Numbered from the stretch's first letter, positions 1 to 10,511 are shown. The stretch: 64,000 nucleotides of DNA from Ktedonobacteria bacterium (GCA_027459785.1 DAIDGU010000042.1:51463-115462); one strand, 5' to 3'. The notes: a model not told the origin generated them from the sequence alone. Program-made: numbers and translations.

Positions 1-1
1 G

Positions 2-214
2 GACGGCGCGGGCCTGACCTTCGCGCTCGGCTCCGGTGGTGCGCCGGCTACGCGCGCCCTGGCCGACCAGATGGTACGCCTCGCCACCACACCGGCACTG
101 CGCGACGACGAACGCCTGCGCAGCCTGGCCCGCGCTCGCCACTACAGTTGGGCGCAGACCGCAGCGGAAACCAGCGCCATCTTCGCCGAGATCGGCGGCA
201 CGCGCACTGGCTGA
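2..214 (+). CDS. Glycosyltransferase family 4 (GT-B), C-terminal fragment (5' truncated by window)
   Basis: Frame 2 reads DGAGLTF...ALADQMVRLATTPALRDDERLRSLARARHYSWAQTAAET...*, matching the typical GT4 C-terminal pattern 'AL...L..DP.LR....G..RA..FSW..TA..T'. TGA at 212-214. Confidence 0.7.
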   Translation, partial: DGAGLTFALGSGGAPATRALADQMVRLATTPALRDDERLRSLARARHYSWAQTAAETSAIFAEIGGTRTG

Positions 215-232
215 ACCATGCATGCCTTGCCA

Positions 233-500
233 GACAGGCAGGAATGCCTATCCTCCAAATCGAGAGGTAATATCCTTTGCGGATAATCACTATGGGTACC
301 GGAGGACAGACATTCTCCCTCACCACGGAGGACAGACATTCTCCCTCACCACGGAGGACAGACATGCTCCCTCACCACGGAGGACAGACATGCTCCCTCA
401 CCACGGAGGACAGACATGCTCCCTCACCACGGAGGACAGACATTCCTGTCTGTCCGGCCCCACTGACCACCCTCTTTACCCGGAATTGGGATAAGAATGT
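233..500. repeat. REP/REPIN-like element family A (core GGAGGACAGACATTCCTGTCTGTCC)
   Basis: Inverted degenerate copy at 233-256 and forward palindromic copy at 431-455. Spacer and flank resemble the element at 32641-32860. Confidence 0.8.
300..444 (+). repeat. Tandem repeat: 5 x 26 bp plus a partial sixth copy
   Basis: Unit CGGAGGACAGACAT(T/G)CTCCCTCACCA at 300, 326, 352, 378 and 404. The sixth copy at 430 continues into the family A palindrome. No spacers. Confidence 0.95.
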
Positions 501-651
501 CGATCCTCTGGAGGTTTTTGATCCTGGTGGTAGGATACTCATGCTTCTGAACCATCGGAAGGAGTTCCAACGTTATAAAAGAGGGCATGTGCTGGTGATC
601 CTTGCGGTAAGGATCAATCGCCGCCCCCTTAGAAAAGGATTCGTCCCCTGT

Positions 652-2613
652 ATGAGCCTGGCTTTTCGTCTGCGCCGCGTGTTCGCAGGATTGATGCTCG
701 GCGTGTTCAGTCTCGTCGCCGCGTGCGGCAATTCGCCGCCGCATGGCAGCACCACACCCTATGAGGTCAATGCCACGCCGCCGCCCGGCCTGAGCGGTCC
801 CGCGCTGGTGGCCTGGCATGTGCTGCATGACGTGCGCCCCCTGCGCGACCCCATCGCGCTGGCCGAGACGGTGCAACATGTGGCCGGGCCAATTGCGCCG
901 GTCGTGCGCACCACGCCCCTGAATGCCCAACTGAATCAGGAAGATACCTTCTGGGTGCAGCCCGGCCAACAGATCACCGCCAAGCTCGTGTACATCACGC
1001 CGCATGTGTATGATTATGTGCAGGACGGCACCACGCTGGATCTGAGCGCGCTCAAAGCCTCTGCTGACCGCTTCGAGAGCAGCCTGCTGGTGACGGATCA
1101 TCGGTATTTCGGCACGGAATGGACGCCCGGCATCGACGACGATCCGCATATCACGCTGCTGAACGCGACGGCGCTGCCCGGCGACCTCAACGGCTATTAC
1201 ACGGAGAAAGACGAATACCCCCAGGCGGTCTTCGCCGACAGCAACCAGCGCGAGATGATCTATCTGCGCGTGGGCCAAAATGGCATGGCACCGAACACCG
1301 ACGAGTATGATAAGACGCTGGCGCACGAACTGGCGCGCATGATCGACCACCACATGCGGCCCGGCGACCCCACGTGGCTGCGCGAGGGCGCGGCCCTGCT
1401 GGCCCAGCACCTCAACGGCTTCGATGCCTCCGCGACGGATACGGCGTTCTTGGCGAAGCCCGGCACGCAACTGAACACATGGGACCAAAAAGAGGGCGAC
1501 GCGGCGTATTATGGCGCGGGCTTCATGTTCCTGGATTACTTCGCGGAACACTACGGCGGCTATCCGGTGTTGCTACAACTAATGAGCGATCCCGCCCAGG
1601 CCCCCCTGAATTTCAACGATGTGTTGGCCGAAAATGGGTATAGTGACCGTTTCGATGATGTGTTCGCCAAGTGGGTGATGGCCAACGCGCTGAACGATGA
1701 GCCGCAAGCCAACAACAGCGCCTACGCTTATAAGACGATCACGGATGAACACGCGCAGCCGCAGCATAGCGTGACGGCGCTGCCCTTCCATGAGCAAGAC
1801 ACCACTCCGCAATATAGCGCGCAGTATTACGATGCTAAATTGACCAACGGCACGGACCAGACCCTGCACATCAGCTTCGCCGGCCAGCCGACGGTGCCGC
1901 TGGTGAGCGCCGACGCGCCGGACCAGGGCGGGGCGTTCTGGTGGAGCAATCGCGGCGAGAACATGGATTCGACCCTGACCCGATCCTTCGATCTCACCAA
2001 ACTCGCTGGCCAGCACGTGACGCTGAACTTCGAGCTGTGGTACGATCTGGAAGCCGGCTACGATTATGGCTACGTGGAGGTTTCGGCTGACAACGGCGCG
2101 ACCTGGCAACCGCTGGCCATCACCGGCAGCCACACGGATAACCCGAACGGACTGAACCTGGGCAACGGCTTGACCGGCGCGAACAGCGGCGACGGCCAAA
2201 GCTGGACGAGCGTCACCGCCGACCTCTCGGCGTACGCGGGCAAGCAGGTGCAGCTACGCTTCGCCACCGTCACGGACGGCTCGGTCGATCACCAGGGCAT
2301 GGCCGTCGCGGCGCTCAATATCCCGCAGCTCAACTTCACCGACGCCGCCACCAGCGACACCGGCTGGACGGCCAAGGGTTGGCTGCGCACCACCAACGTC
2401 TTGCCGGAGACCTATACGGTACAAGCCGCGCTCTTCGGCAGCGACGGTTCGTTCCAGAAAGTCGTTGCGGTGCCAGTGGGGGCCGATGGCACGGGGCAGC
2501 TCGACATCCCCCACGCCGGCAGCCAGATCAGCCGCGTGCTGGTAGCCGTAGCCCCGCTGGCTCCCGCCACGACACTCCCCGCCAGTTACACGCTGGACCT
2601 GAGCGCGTCGTGA
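652..2613 (+). CDS. Lipoprotein, immune inhibitor A-like/zincin metallopeptidase homolog with degenerate active site
   Basis: ATG at 652 gives a lipoprotein signal (...FSLVAA-C). Contains LAHELARMI (HExxR) and WLREG, plus an InhA-like C-terminal beta domain (WYDLEAGYDYGYVEVS, DLSAYAGKQVQLRF). Confidence 0.75.
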   Translation: MSLAFRLRRVFAGLMLGVFSLVAACGNSPPHGSTTPYEVNATPPPGLSGPALVAWHVLHDVRPLRDPIALAETVQHVAGPIAPVVRTTPLNAQLNQEDTFWVQPGQQITAKLVYITPHVYDYVQDGTTLDLSALKASADRFESSLLVTDHRYFGTEWTPGIDDDPHITLLNATALPGDLNGYYTEKDEYPQAVFADSNQREMIYLRVGQNGMAPNTDEYDKTLAHELARMIDHHMRPGDPTWLREGAALLAQHLNGFDASATDTAFLAKPGTQLNTWDQKEGDAAYYGAGFMFLDYFAEHYGGYPVLLQLMSDPAQAPLNFNDVLAENGYSDRFDDVFAKWVMANALNDEPQANNSAYAYKTITDEHAQPQHSVTALPFHEQDTTPQYSAQYYDAKLTNGTDQTLHISFAGQPTVPLVSADAPDQGGAFWWSNRGENMDSTLTRSFDLTKLAGQHVTLNFELWYDLEAGYDYGYVEVSADNGATWQPLAITGSHTDNPNGLNLGNGLTGANSGDGQSWTSVTADLSAYAGKQVQLRFATVTDGSVDHQGMAVAALNIPQLNFTDAATSDTGWTAKGWLRTTNVLPETYTVQAALFGSDGSFQKVVAVPVGADGTGQLDIPHAGSQISRVLVAVAPLAPATTLPASYTLDLSAS

Positions 2614-2800
2614 GGGCATATGCTATGCGGTTGCTAAACGGTGATAGGAGATGGGCGGTAATCGACATGCGAGAGGACGACGGAGGATTACAGACAGCGC
2701 AGGGACAGCGGGTGGGGGGTGATATGCGAGAGGGGCGGTGGACGGCGGGCGGGTAAGCGCGGGCGCGGGGACGGCGGGCGGGGGGACGGGCCGGAGGACG

Positions 2801-2923
2801 GCGGGCGGTTGAAACCGCGCCTAAGGGCGTGCCGCCACGAAGTCCACCTACGTGGACTAGAGTTAGTCCGCGACGGCGGACTTCGTCGCCGCTAGGCGCT
2901 TAGGCGCGGGTTCAACCGCCCGC
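2801..2923. repeat. REPIN-like inverted repeat family B (GCGGGCGGTTGAAACCGCGCC...AGTCCACCTACGTGGACT)
   Basis: Two inverted arms, each with internal palindromes. Related copies at 17791-17859, 43502-43656 and 50961-51018. Confidence 0.9.
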
Positions 2924-3050
2924 GTCTCTGATACGCTTGTTTCAACTGCCCGCCGTCCCGGCGCCCGCTCCTCTGGCGCAGGGCCACCCTTTCGCCGGCC
3001 CGCGCCCGTCCCTACCAGGACCAAACGATTCAACAGACAAAGGATCAGAG

Positions 3051-3896
3051 ATGGCAGAGCAACGTGTGCGCCTCAGTTGTTCGACGGCGTCGTTTTATGA
3101 ATTGCCGTTGGCGTCGGCGGTGGGGATCATCCGCGATGCCGGCTTCGACGGGGTGGAACTGGTGGCGGGGCCGGAATCGCTGGCGCGCGGGCTGGCGGCG
3201 ACGCGGCGCGTCTTGGAACGCGCGGGAATGCCGGCGTTGAGCTTCCATCCGCCGCTCTATCCGACGCCCGGCTGGCCGCGTTCGCAAATGGGGCGCGGGC
3301 GCGCGGCGGCAGAGAGTGCGCGGGAACTGGGCTGCGAGGTGATGGTGATCCATGCGCCAAAATCGCGGACCCTGGCGACGCCGCGCGCCCGTCAATACAT
3401 CGCCGCCATCGCAGATGCGCGCGACCTGGGCAAAGCGCACGGCTTCGTCGTCGGCCTGGAAACGACGCAGCGCCCCACGGATGGTCGCCCGCCCCTCCTC
3501 TTCGATGACCTCGCCTTTTTCCTGCGTTTCGCGGATGAGCATAACCTCAGCGTGACGCTCGACACCTGCCATGCCGCCGCCAGTGGCGACGACCTGCCGG
3601 CGGTGTTGGCGCAGATCGGTCCCCGCCTGCGCAACATCCATTTCAGCGATTGCCGGACGCGCCCCGACCATAAGAAGCCGGCCACCCACCTGCGCCCTGG
3701 CACCGGCAACACGGTGGACCTGGCGGCCTTCGTGCGGGCGCTGGGTCATAGCGGCTATACTGGCCTCATCACCTGCGAGGTCTCGCCGCTGGAACTGTTC
3801 GCCTGGTCGCGCCGCGCGATGGTGCGCAAACTGGCGGCGACGCATGATTTCATCGCCAAGGCGCTGGCTAGTACAGCCGCTCAATCCAGGCCGTGA
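3051..3896 (+). CDS. Sugar phosphate isomerase/epimerase (xylose isomerase-like/AP endonuclease 2 TIM barrel)
   Basis: Motifs GFDGVEL, GLET, LDTCH, IHFSD, HLRPG and ITCEV. RBS-like AAGGA upstream of ATG 3051. Confidence 0.85.
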   Translation: MAEQRVRLSCSTASFYELPLASAVGIIRDAGFDGVELVAGPESLARGLAATRRVLERAGMPALSFHPPLYPTPGWPRSQMGRGRAAAESARELGCEVMVIHAPKSRTLATPRARQYIAAIADARDLGKAHGFVVGLETTQRPTDGRPPLLFDDLAFFLRFADEHNLSVTLDTCHAAASGDDLPAVLAQIGPRLRNIHFSDCRTRPDHKKPATHLRPGTGNTVDLAAFVRALGHSGYTGLITCEVSPLELFAWSRRAMVRKLAATHDFIAKALASTAAQSRP

Positions 3897-4473
3897 GGAA
3901 GCCGCCGATGACGGCGGTGATGATCGTCGGCGCGTACCACCCCAGCCCGCTGTGGCGCAGCCGCGCGGCTACGGCGGAAACGGTGGCATACCACTCGCTC
4001 GTCTCCGGCTGCATCAGGCAATAGAGGATGTATGGCACCAGGCCGACGAGGATCACCTGCACATAGAGCGGCCAAAAGTTGTGAAGCGCAACCAACTGCG
4101 CCGTGGTGAACACCATCACGAGGCCGGCGATGCTCAGCGCCGCCGTCAACGCCACCAGCAACACCCAGGCCCAGCGTCGCCCCAGGCGCAGCGCCTCCCC
4201 GATGCCGATGAGGATGCCGGCGGCAATCAAGTATCCGAGCACGAGCAGCGGCGTGGGGACGCCCGCCGCCGGTCCGTTCATAATGGGATGTCCATGCCGT
4301 TGCACCGCGTCGGCTACCGCGAAGACAGCGGCGGTGAGCATCTGCGCCGCCAGCGCCCAGGTGAAAGCGACCGCCGTCCCCACGCCCCTCGGCTGCGCCG
4401 CTGGTGTCGCTGCCGTCGGTCGCGCCGGCTGGCCCTGTACCGTTTTGCCCGCATTTGGTGTAGGCACCTTCAT
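3868..4473 (-). CDS. Hypothetical integral membrane protein
   Basis: About 5 hydrophobic segments. GGAG upstream of ATG 4473 (alternative start 4497). Confidence 0.7.
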   Translation of the reverse strand: MKVPTPNAGKTVQGQPARPTAATPAAQPRGVGTAVAFTWALAAQMLTAAVFAVADAVQRHGHPIMNGPAAGVPTPLLVLGYLIAAGILIGIGEALRLGRRWAWVLLVALTAALSIAGLVMVFTTAQLVALHNFWPLYVQVILVGLVPYILYCLMQPETSEWYATVSAVAARLRHSGLGWYAPTIITAVIGGFLTAWIERLY

Positions 4474-4637
4474 CGCTCCACCCTCGCTATCGTCCATTCA
4501 TCCCGCTCATGACAGATCATAGCAGAGATACAGGACTTGCGTCATCCCCTTCTTGTGAAAAACGCCGAAAGCTGCTATCCTGTAAGCATACGTTTTTATA
4601 TCACCGGCGAGTGGTTGAATTGAAGAGGAAACAGCGT

Positions 4638-5879
4638 ATGCCGGATGTGCCGCGCGACCAAATGGCGCTGCTGCCTGATGATGCAGCGGGTGACGGCGAT
4701 GGTGCCAGTGACACCGCGCCGCGCCTGAGCGCGATCCCGCCCGCTGTGCCGTATATCGCGCCGGAGCGCGTGCGACGGGGGATGCGCGTGCCGGACGACA
4801 CGGAACGCGCGTTTTGGGTGGCGTGGAATCGCGTGCGCGGCGTGGGGCCGGCGCGTTTCGCCCGCCTGCTGGAAGTCTTTGGCGAGGCGCAAACAGCGTG
4901 GAGGGTCTCGGACGGCGACCTACGCGCGACGGGCTTCGACGATAAATTGCTGAGCGAGATCGCGCGGCAGCGGCGGTTGATCGATCCGGCGGCGGAGGCA
5001 GCGCGCCTGACCCGCCTGGCGGTGACGGCGCTCACCTTGCGCGATCCAACCTACCCGCGCCTGCTGCGCGAGATCCCCCAGCCGCCGGCGGTGCTGTACG
5101 TGCGCGGGCAGATTCTGCCGGAAGATGAGATGGCGCTGGCCATCGTCGGCACGCGGCGCATCAGCGCCTATGGCCGCCAGGTGACGGCCCGCCTGACGAC
5201 CGATCTGGTAGCACGGCGCATGACCATCGTCAGCGGCCTGGCACGCGGGGTGGATGCGGTGGCACACACGGCGGCCCTGGATGCCGGCGGACGCACCATC
5301 GCCGTGCTGGGCTGCGGACCGGACCTCGTCTATCCACCGGAACACGCGAAGCTGGCGGAACGCATCATCGATCAAGGCGCGATCGTGAGCGAATTCGCCG
5401 TCGGCACGCCGCCCGAAGCCGGCAACTTCCCCGCGCGCAACCGGATCATCAGCGGCCTGGCAATGGCGGTGCTGGTGACGGAAGCGCCGGAAGGCAGCGG
5501 CGCGCTCATCACGGCGAACTTCGCTGGCGACGACCACGGGCGCGATGTGATGGCCGTGCCAGGGCCGATATTCAACCGCACCAGCATGGGCTGCAACCGG
5601 CTGATTCAATCCGGTGCGCTCTGCGTGACCGGCGTGCAAGACATCGCCGACGCCCTCAACATGCACCTCATCCCCCAGCAAATGGACATGCGCGACCTCC
5701 TGCCGGCGGACCCCACGGAGGCGCGGCTCCTCGCGCTGCTGGACGGCGAAGCGCGCCACGCCGACGACCTCTGCCGCCTGGCCGAACTCCCCGCCGCCAC
5801 CGTCACCAGCACGCTGATGATGCTGGAACTCAAAGGCCGCGTGCGCCACCTGGGCAACATGGTGTATAGCCTGTGCTAA
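4638..5879 (+). CDS. dprA: DNA-processing protein DprA
   Basis: Motifs YPRLLREI, AIVGTR, IVSGLARGVD, NFPARNRIISGL and SGALITA, plus a C-terminal winged helix (LMMLELKG). Confidence 0.95.
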   Translation: MPDVPRDQMALLPDDAAGDGDGASDTAPRLSAIPPAVPYIAPERVRRGMRVPDDTERAFWVAWNRVRGVGPARFARLLEVFGEAQTAWRVSDGDLRATGFDDKLLSEIARQRRLIDPAAEAARLTRLAVTALTLRDPTYPRLLREIPQPPAVLYVRGQILPEDEMALAIVGTRRISAYGRQVTARLTTDLVARRMTIVSGLARGVDAVAHTAALDAGGRTIAVLGCGPDLVYPPEHAKLAERIIDQGAIVSEFAVGTPPEAGNFPARNRIISGLAMAVLVTEAPEGSGALITANFAGDDHGRDVMAVPGPIFNRTSMGCNRLIQSGALCVTGVQDIADALNMHLIPQQMDMRDLLPADPTEARLLALLDGEARHADDLCRLAELPAATVTSTLMMLELKGRVRHLGNMVYSLC

Positions 5880-5995
5880 AGCCCTGTTTGCATGTTGCAT
5901 TATTTTTGGAAATGAGCGTTGCAAGATCGTATACTACATGAAAGATCCCTAAGCGCCGCCCGCGCGGTTTTGCATGCACCAGAGGGGTAACGATT

Positions 5996-8329
5996 TTGGA
6001 GCCGAGCCAGCATCCCACCCAGCCCGCCTTTGCTCTTGATGCGGAACAGCTACCGTTTAGCACGGCCATGATCCAACCGGACGTGGCCTCCGTCACGATC
6101 TTGGAGCGCATGACCGATGCCTTTTTCGCGCTGGATGCTGCCTGGCGCTTCACGTATCTGAATGCCGCTGCTGAGGTGGCGCTGGGGCAGCAACGGGCGG
6201 ATCTGCTGGGGCGCAACGTATGGGAAGCCTTCCCCGAAGCCGTCGGCTCGACCTTTCAGCGCGAATATGAGCGGGCGCGGGCCACCGGCCAGTTGGCGCT
6301 GTTCAAAGAATATTATTCTCCCCTCGCCAAGCTCTTTGCCGTGCGAGCCTACCCTGATGCTGACGGCCTTGCTGTATTCTTCCAGGATGTCACTGCCCAG
6401 CGGCAATTGACCGAACAGGAAACCGCGCTACGTGATGCGGCGGCGACGCAAGCGCGCTTGCTGGATGCCGTGCTGGATGCGCTGCCCACCGGCGTCGCCA
6501 TCACCCGCGCTGACGGCAGCGGCGTGCGCTTGAATCGCGCCTTCCGCACGATCTGGGGCATGGACGCGCCCTTGCCCGCGAACACAGCAGAATACGGCCT
6601 TTATCGCGGCTGGTGGCCCAATGGGCAGCCGATCGCCGCCGACGCCTGGACGATGGCGCGGGCGCTAGCCACCGGCCAGCCCATTACCGATGAACTCATC
6701 ACCATCATGAGTTTCGACGGCGTGCGTAAGGTCATCCTCAACAGCGCGCTGCCCCTCTTCGACGCGACAGGCGCGCTCATTGGTGGGGTCAACGTCATGC
6801 TGGATGTGACGCGCGAGCAGCGTTTGCAAGAGGATCTCGCCGCGCGGGTGCAGCAACTGGAAGGCATTTTCGCCGCCATCACCGACGCCCTACTCATTTA
6901 CGACGCGCAAGGGCGCATCATCGAGACGAACCCCGTGGCGCGGGCGTTGCTGGGCATCAACGACCAGGCCGAATATGAGGCACTGCCGTTGATGGAGCGC
7001 GCCATGGCGCGGGCCGCCCGCGACCTGGAGGGCAACCCGTTGCCACCCGATCAGTTGCCACCGCAACGGTTGCTGCATGGCGAGATCCTCAGCGGAGCGA
7101 CATCGCCCGATCTGCTCATCCAGGGGCCGGACGGCGGCGACATCATCCTCAATGTCTCCGGAGCGCCCCTGCGCGCCAGTGACGGCGCGATCACGGGGGC
7201 CATCATCATCGACCGTGATGTGACCGAACGCCGGCGGTTGGAATTGGAGGCCGCGCGCCAGGCGGCGCTCTTGGAACAGGCCCACGAGGCGATGTTCGTG
7301 CGCACGCTCAACGGCACGATCGTCTACTGGAACCAGGGCGCGACCGACCTCTATGGCTGGACCAGCGCGGATGCCGTCGGGCAGATTTCCCATGACCTTT
7401 TTCAGACGCGCCTGGCCGCCGCCCCCGAAGATCATCCGACCATTGTCGATGCGCTGGTGGCCCACACCGGCATCTGGACGGGCGAATTATTCCACACGAC
7501 GCGCGCCGGCGCGCGCATCATCGTCGCCAGCCGCCAGAGCCTGGTGAATTATGGCGCGGACGAGCGTTTCGTCTTGGAAACCAATCGTGATATCACCGAC
7601 CGCAAGCAGTTGGAACAGGAGCGCGAGGCGATGTTGCACAGTGTCGCCCACGAACTCAATACGCCCCTCACCAGCGTCAAAGCGCAATTGCAATTGATGC
7701 AGCGACGCGCGGGGCGCGGCGAGGTCGTCGCGCCGGAGCAGGTGGGGCGCGTGCTGAGCGGTGTGGCGCGCATGGAGCGTCTGGTGCGCGATCTGCTGGA
7801 TGCCGCGCGCCTTGAAACCGGCCATCTCACCGTCACGCCCGAACGGGTCAGCCTACGCACCCTTTGCCAGCAGGCGGCGGAAGAACAACAGGCGGCGAAC
7901 GAACGCCCCATCACGCTGGCCCTGCCCGCGAAAGACCTTTTCGCCGAGGTCGATCCTGAACGCTTCGTGCAAGTGTTGACCAATCTGCTTTCTAATGCGC
8001 TGAAATATTCGCCGCCCGCCACGCCGGTGACATTGCGGCTGGTCCGCCAGGGCAAACAGGCGCGCATCAGCGTCACAGATCAGGGGCCGGGCATTCCTCA
8101 GGAGGCGCAGGCGCATCTGTTCGAGCGCTTCTATCGCGTGCCAGATACCGTGGTGCAGCACGGGTCCGGCGTGGGCCTGGGGCTGGGCCTCTTCCTGGTG
8201 CGCCGGTTGGTCGAATTGCAGGGCGGCCAGGTGGGGGTGGCGAGCACGCCAGGTGCCGGCGCGACCTTTTGGGTGACGCTGCCGCTGGCCAGCGTGTCAG
8301 CTAGCCAAACTGATAGGCCGACTACCTGA
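5996..8329 (+). CDS. Multi-PAS sensor histidine kinase (cytoplasmic, orphan)
   Basis: About 4 PAS domains. H-box VAHELNTPL, N-box NLLSNALKY, G1 DQGPGI, G2 GSGVGLGLGL. Start uncertain (TTG 5996 or ATG 6068). Confidence 0.92.
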   Translation: MEPSQHPTQPAFALDAEQLPFSTAMIQPDVASVTILERMTDAFFALDAAWRFTYLNAAAEVALGQQRADLLGRNVWEAFPEAVGSTFQREYERARATGQLALFKEYYSPLAKLFAVRAYPDADGLAVFFQDVTAQRQLTEQETALRDAAATQARLLDAVLDALPTGVAITRADGSGVRLNRAFRTIWGMDAPLPANTAEYGLYRGWWPNGQPIAADAWTMARALATGQPITDELITIMSFDGVRKVILNSALPLFDATGALIGGVNVMLDVTREQRLQEDLAARVQQLEGIFAAITDALLIYDAQGRIIETNPVARALLGINDQAEYEALPLMERAMARAARDLEGNPLPPDQLPPQRLLHGEILSGATSPDLLIQGPDGGDIILNVSGAPLRASDGAITGAIIIDRDVTERRRLELEAARQAALLEQAHEAMFVRTLNGTIVYWNQGATDLYGWTSADAVGQISHDLFQTRLAAAPEDHPTIVDALVAHTGIWTGELFHTTRAGARIIVASRQSLVNYGADERFVLETNRDITDRKQLEQEREAMLHSVAHELNTPLTSVKAQLQLMQRRAGRGEVVAPEQVGRVLSGVARMERLVRDLLDAARLETGHLTVTPERVSLRTLCQQAAEEQQAANERPITLALPAKDLFAEVDPERFVQVLTNLLSNALKYSPPATPVTLRLVRQGKQARISVTDQGPGIPQEAQAHLFERFYRVPDTVVQHGSGVGLGLGLFLVRRLVELQGGQVGVASTPGAGATFWVTLPLASVSASQTDRPTT

Positions 8330-8387
8330 GCTTGGCACCGTTTATGCGGCGTACCCCTGTTTCATAATTTGTGCCAGGAGCCGTCCC

Positions 8388-10511
8388 ATGCAGCCTTTTT
8401 CGGATGCGTTTGCCCAGGCACCTTTCATCGCCGCGCCCCAGGACGAACTGGCCGCGCCCGCTCGCCCGGCGGCGCTGGTGCCGCCGCTGCATTGGCACAC
8501 GCAGCCGGACGGCACATTCGCCCTGGCGGAACAGCCGGGCTGGCGCGCTTATACGGGGCAGCGTGCCACGACCAGCGCCGGCTGGGGCTGGCTCGACGCT
8601 GTCTATCCCGCCGACCGCACACACAGCCGCCAGGTGTGGCAGGCCGGAACGAATCCGTTCACGGTCCAGCAGCGCATTCTGGGTGCGGACGGCGCGTATC
8701 GCCTGTTTCTGACCCAGGCCCAGCCGCTCTTCGCCGAACCGGCGACGCTGGGTGGCTGGGATTGCACGAGCATGGATATCGGGCAGGTGCGCGCGGAACA
8801 GAGCGCCATCCTGGGGGCGGTCGCGGAAAGCGTCGTCATCTTTGACCGCGAGGGCAACATCCGTGAGATGAATCCCGCCGCGCTAAAAAGCTTCGCCCAG
8901 GTGGTCCCGCCAGATTACGCCGCCCTGCCGCTGGCCCAACGCCTTCAGCAAGCGCGCATGCATGATGCTGAGGGTGAACCGCTGGTCGGTGAGCGCTCGC
9001 CGATCATCCGCGTGCTGCGCGGTGACGTGCTGGCCGGCCCTAGCGCCGTGGATGTGTTCGTCACGACATTCGATGGCCGTGAAGTGGCGCTCAGTTTCAG
9101 CGGCGCACCCTTGCGCGATGAGCGCGGAGCGATCACCGGGGCCGTCGTCATCGTGCGCGATATCACAGACCGCCTGGCGCTGGAGCGGCGCACGCAGGAC
9201 GCGCTGGACGCGCTGCTGGCGATGGCCGAGGCGCTGGTGCAGGGGACAGCGGACGGCAACGAGGCGACGGCGGTGGCGCAACGGCTGGCCACGCTCACGT
9301 GCCGCGTGCTGGGGTGCGCGCGCGTCGCCATCAGCGTCATCGACCCCACCAGTGACCATGTGCGCTCATTTGCCGTGGCCGGCCTCACGCCCGACCAAGA
9401 GGCGCAGTGGTGGGCGCACGAGCGCGCCCAGTCGCAACACCTCAGCGACATCACCGAGCCACACTTCGTCGCACGGCTGCAAGCGGGCGAGACGCTACAT
9501 TTCGACATGACCGAGCCGCCCTATAACTCACAGCCGAATCCCTATAACGTCCGTGATGTGCTGATCGCGCCGTTGAATGCCGGCACGCGCTTGGTCGGCT
9601 GGCTGGCGCTGGATTATGGCGCGATGCCACATGTTTTCACGCGGGATGAACGCCGGCTGGCGGGCGCGGTGGGCAAGTTGCTGGCGCTGGTGATCGAGCA
9701 AGCGCGGCTGCGCCGCGAACGCGAGGCCGCGCGGGCCGACGCGCTGGCCCTGGCAACCGCACAGCGGCAGATGGATGAATTTTTGAGCATCGCCAGCCAT
9801 GAACTGCGCACCCCGCTGACGACGATCAAGGCGAATTTTCAGTTGACGGAGCGGGCGTTGGGGGCATTCCTGGCAACCCATCCCGCCATCGATCCCAAGC
9901 TGGCGCGCACGCATGAATTGCTCAGCCGCACGGATCAGCACATCGCCCGGCTGGATCGCCTGGTGGAAGATCTGCTGGATGTCTCGCGCATCCAAGCTGG
10001 CAAGCTTTCGCTGCGGCGCGAGCTGTGTGACCTGGCGCAACTCGTGGGCGAGGCCGTCGAAGAACAACGCCTTGTAGCTTCGGACCGCACCATCACGCTC
10101 GCGCTGCCCGACGCGCCCGTTGCCGTGGTGGCCGATCCCGGACGGATCAATCAAGTCATCACGAACTTCCTGACTAACGCGCTGAAGTATTCGCCGCCGG
10201 AGTCCACCGTCCAGGTGCGGCTGCGCGGGGAGGCGCGCGCCGCGCGGGTGGAGGTGACAGACGCCGGGCCAGGGCTGCCGCGCGCCGAGCAGCGGCACGT
10301 GTGGGAACGCTTCCATCGCGCGCCGGGCGTCGCCGTGCAATATGGCTCCGGCGTCGGCTTGGGTCTGGGCCTTTTCATCTGCCGGACGATCATCGAACGC
10401 CACGGCGGCAGGGTCGGCATCATCAGCACCAAAGGGCGCGGCGCAACCTTCTGGTTCCAGTTGCCCCTGGCCGAACCACCGCCCGCACGCCCACCCCGCC
10501 ACCGGCCATGA
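8388..10511 (+). CDS. PAS-GAF sensor histidine kinase (orphan)
   Basis: Degenerate PAS, PAS and GAF domains, H-box ASHELRTPL, NALKY and GSGVGLGLGL. AGGAG RBS upstream. Confidence 0.92.
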   Translation: MQPFSDAFAQAPFIAAPQDELAAPARPAALVPPLHWHTQPDGTFALAEQPGWRAYTGQRATTSAGWGWLDAVYPADRTHSRQVWQAGTNPFTVQQRILGADGAYRLFLTQAQPLFAEPATLGGWDCTSMDIGQVRAEQSAILGAVAESVVIFDREGNIREMNPAALKSFAQVVPPDYAALPLAQRLQQARMHDAEGEPLVGERSPIIRVLRGDVLAGPSAVDVFVTTFDGREVALSFSGAPLRDERGAITGAVVIVRDITDRLALERRTQDALDALLAMAEALVQGTADGNEATAVAQRLATLTCRVLGCARVAISVIDPTSDHVRSFAVAGLTPDQEAQWWAHERAQSQHLSDITEPHFVARLQAGETLHFDMTEPPYNSQPNPYNVRDVLIAPLNAGTRLVGWLALDYGAMPHVFTRDERRLAGAVGKLLALVIEQARLRREREAARADALALATAQRQMDEFLSIASHELRTPLTTIKANFQLTERALGAFLATHPAIDPKLARTHELLSRTDQHIARLDRLVEDLLDVSRIQAGKLSLRRELCDLAQLVGEAVEEQRLVASDRTITLALPDAPVAVVADPGRINQVITNFLTNALKYSPPESTVQVRLRGEARAARVEVTDAGPGLPRAEQRHVWERFHRAPGVAVQYGSGVGLGLGLFICRTIIERHGGRVGIISTKGRGATFWFQLPLAEPPPARPPRHRP

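Noticed and set aside
300-455. Possible CRISPR array
   Set aside because: Units are contiguous with no unique spacers, there is no cas operon, and the unit derives from a dispersed REP palindrome.
277-651. N-terminal extension of the 778-aa ORF through the tandem repeat
   Set aside because: The 26-bp unit is not a multiple of 3 and the frame is open by chance; the lipoprotein signal starts at ATG 652.
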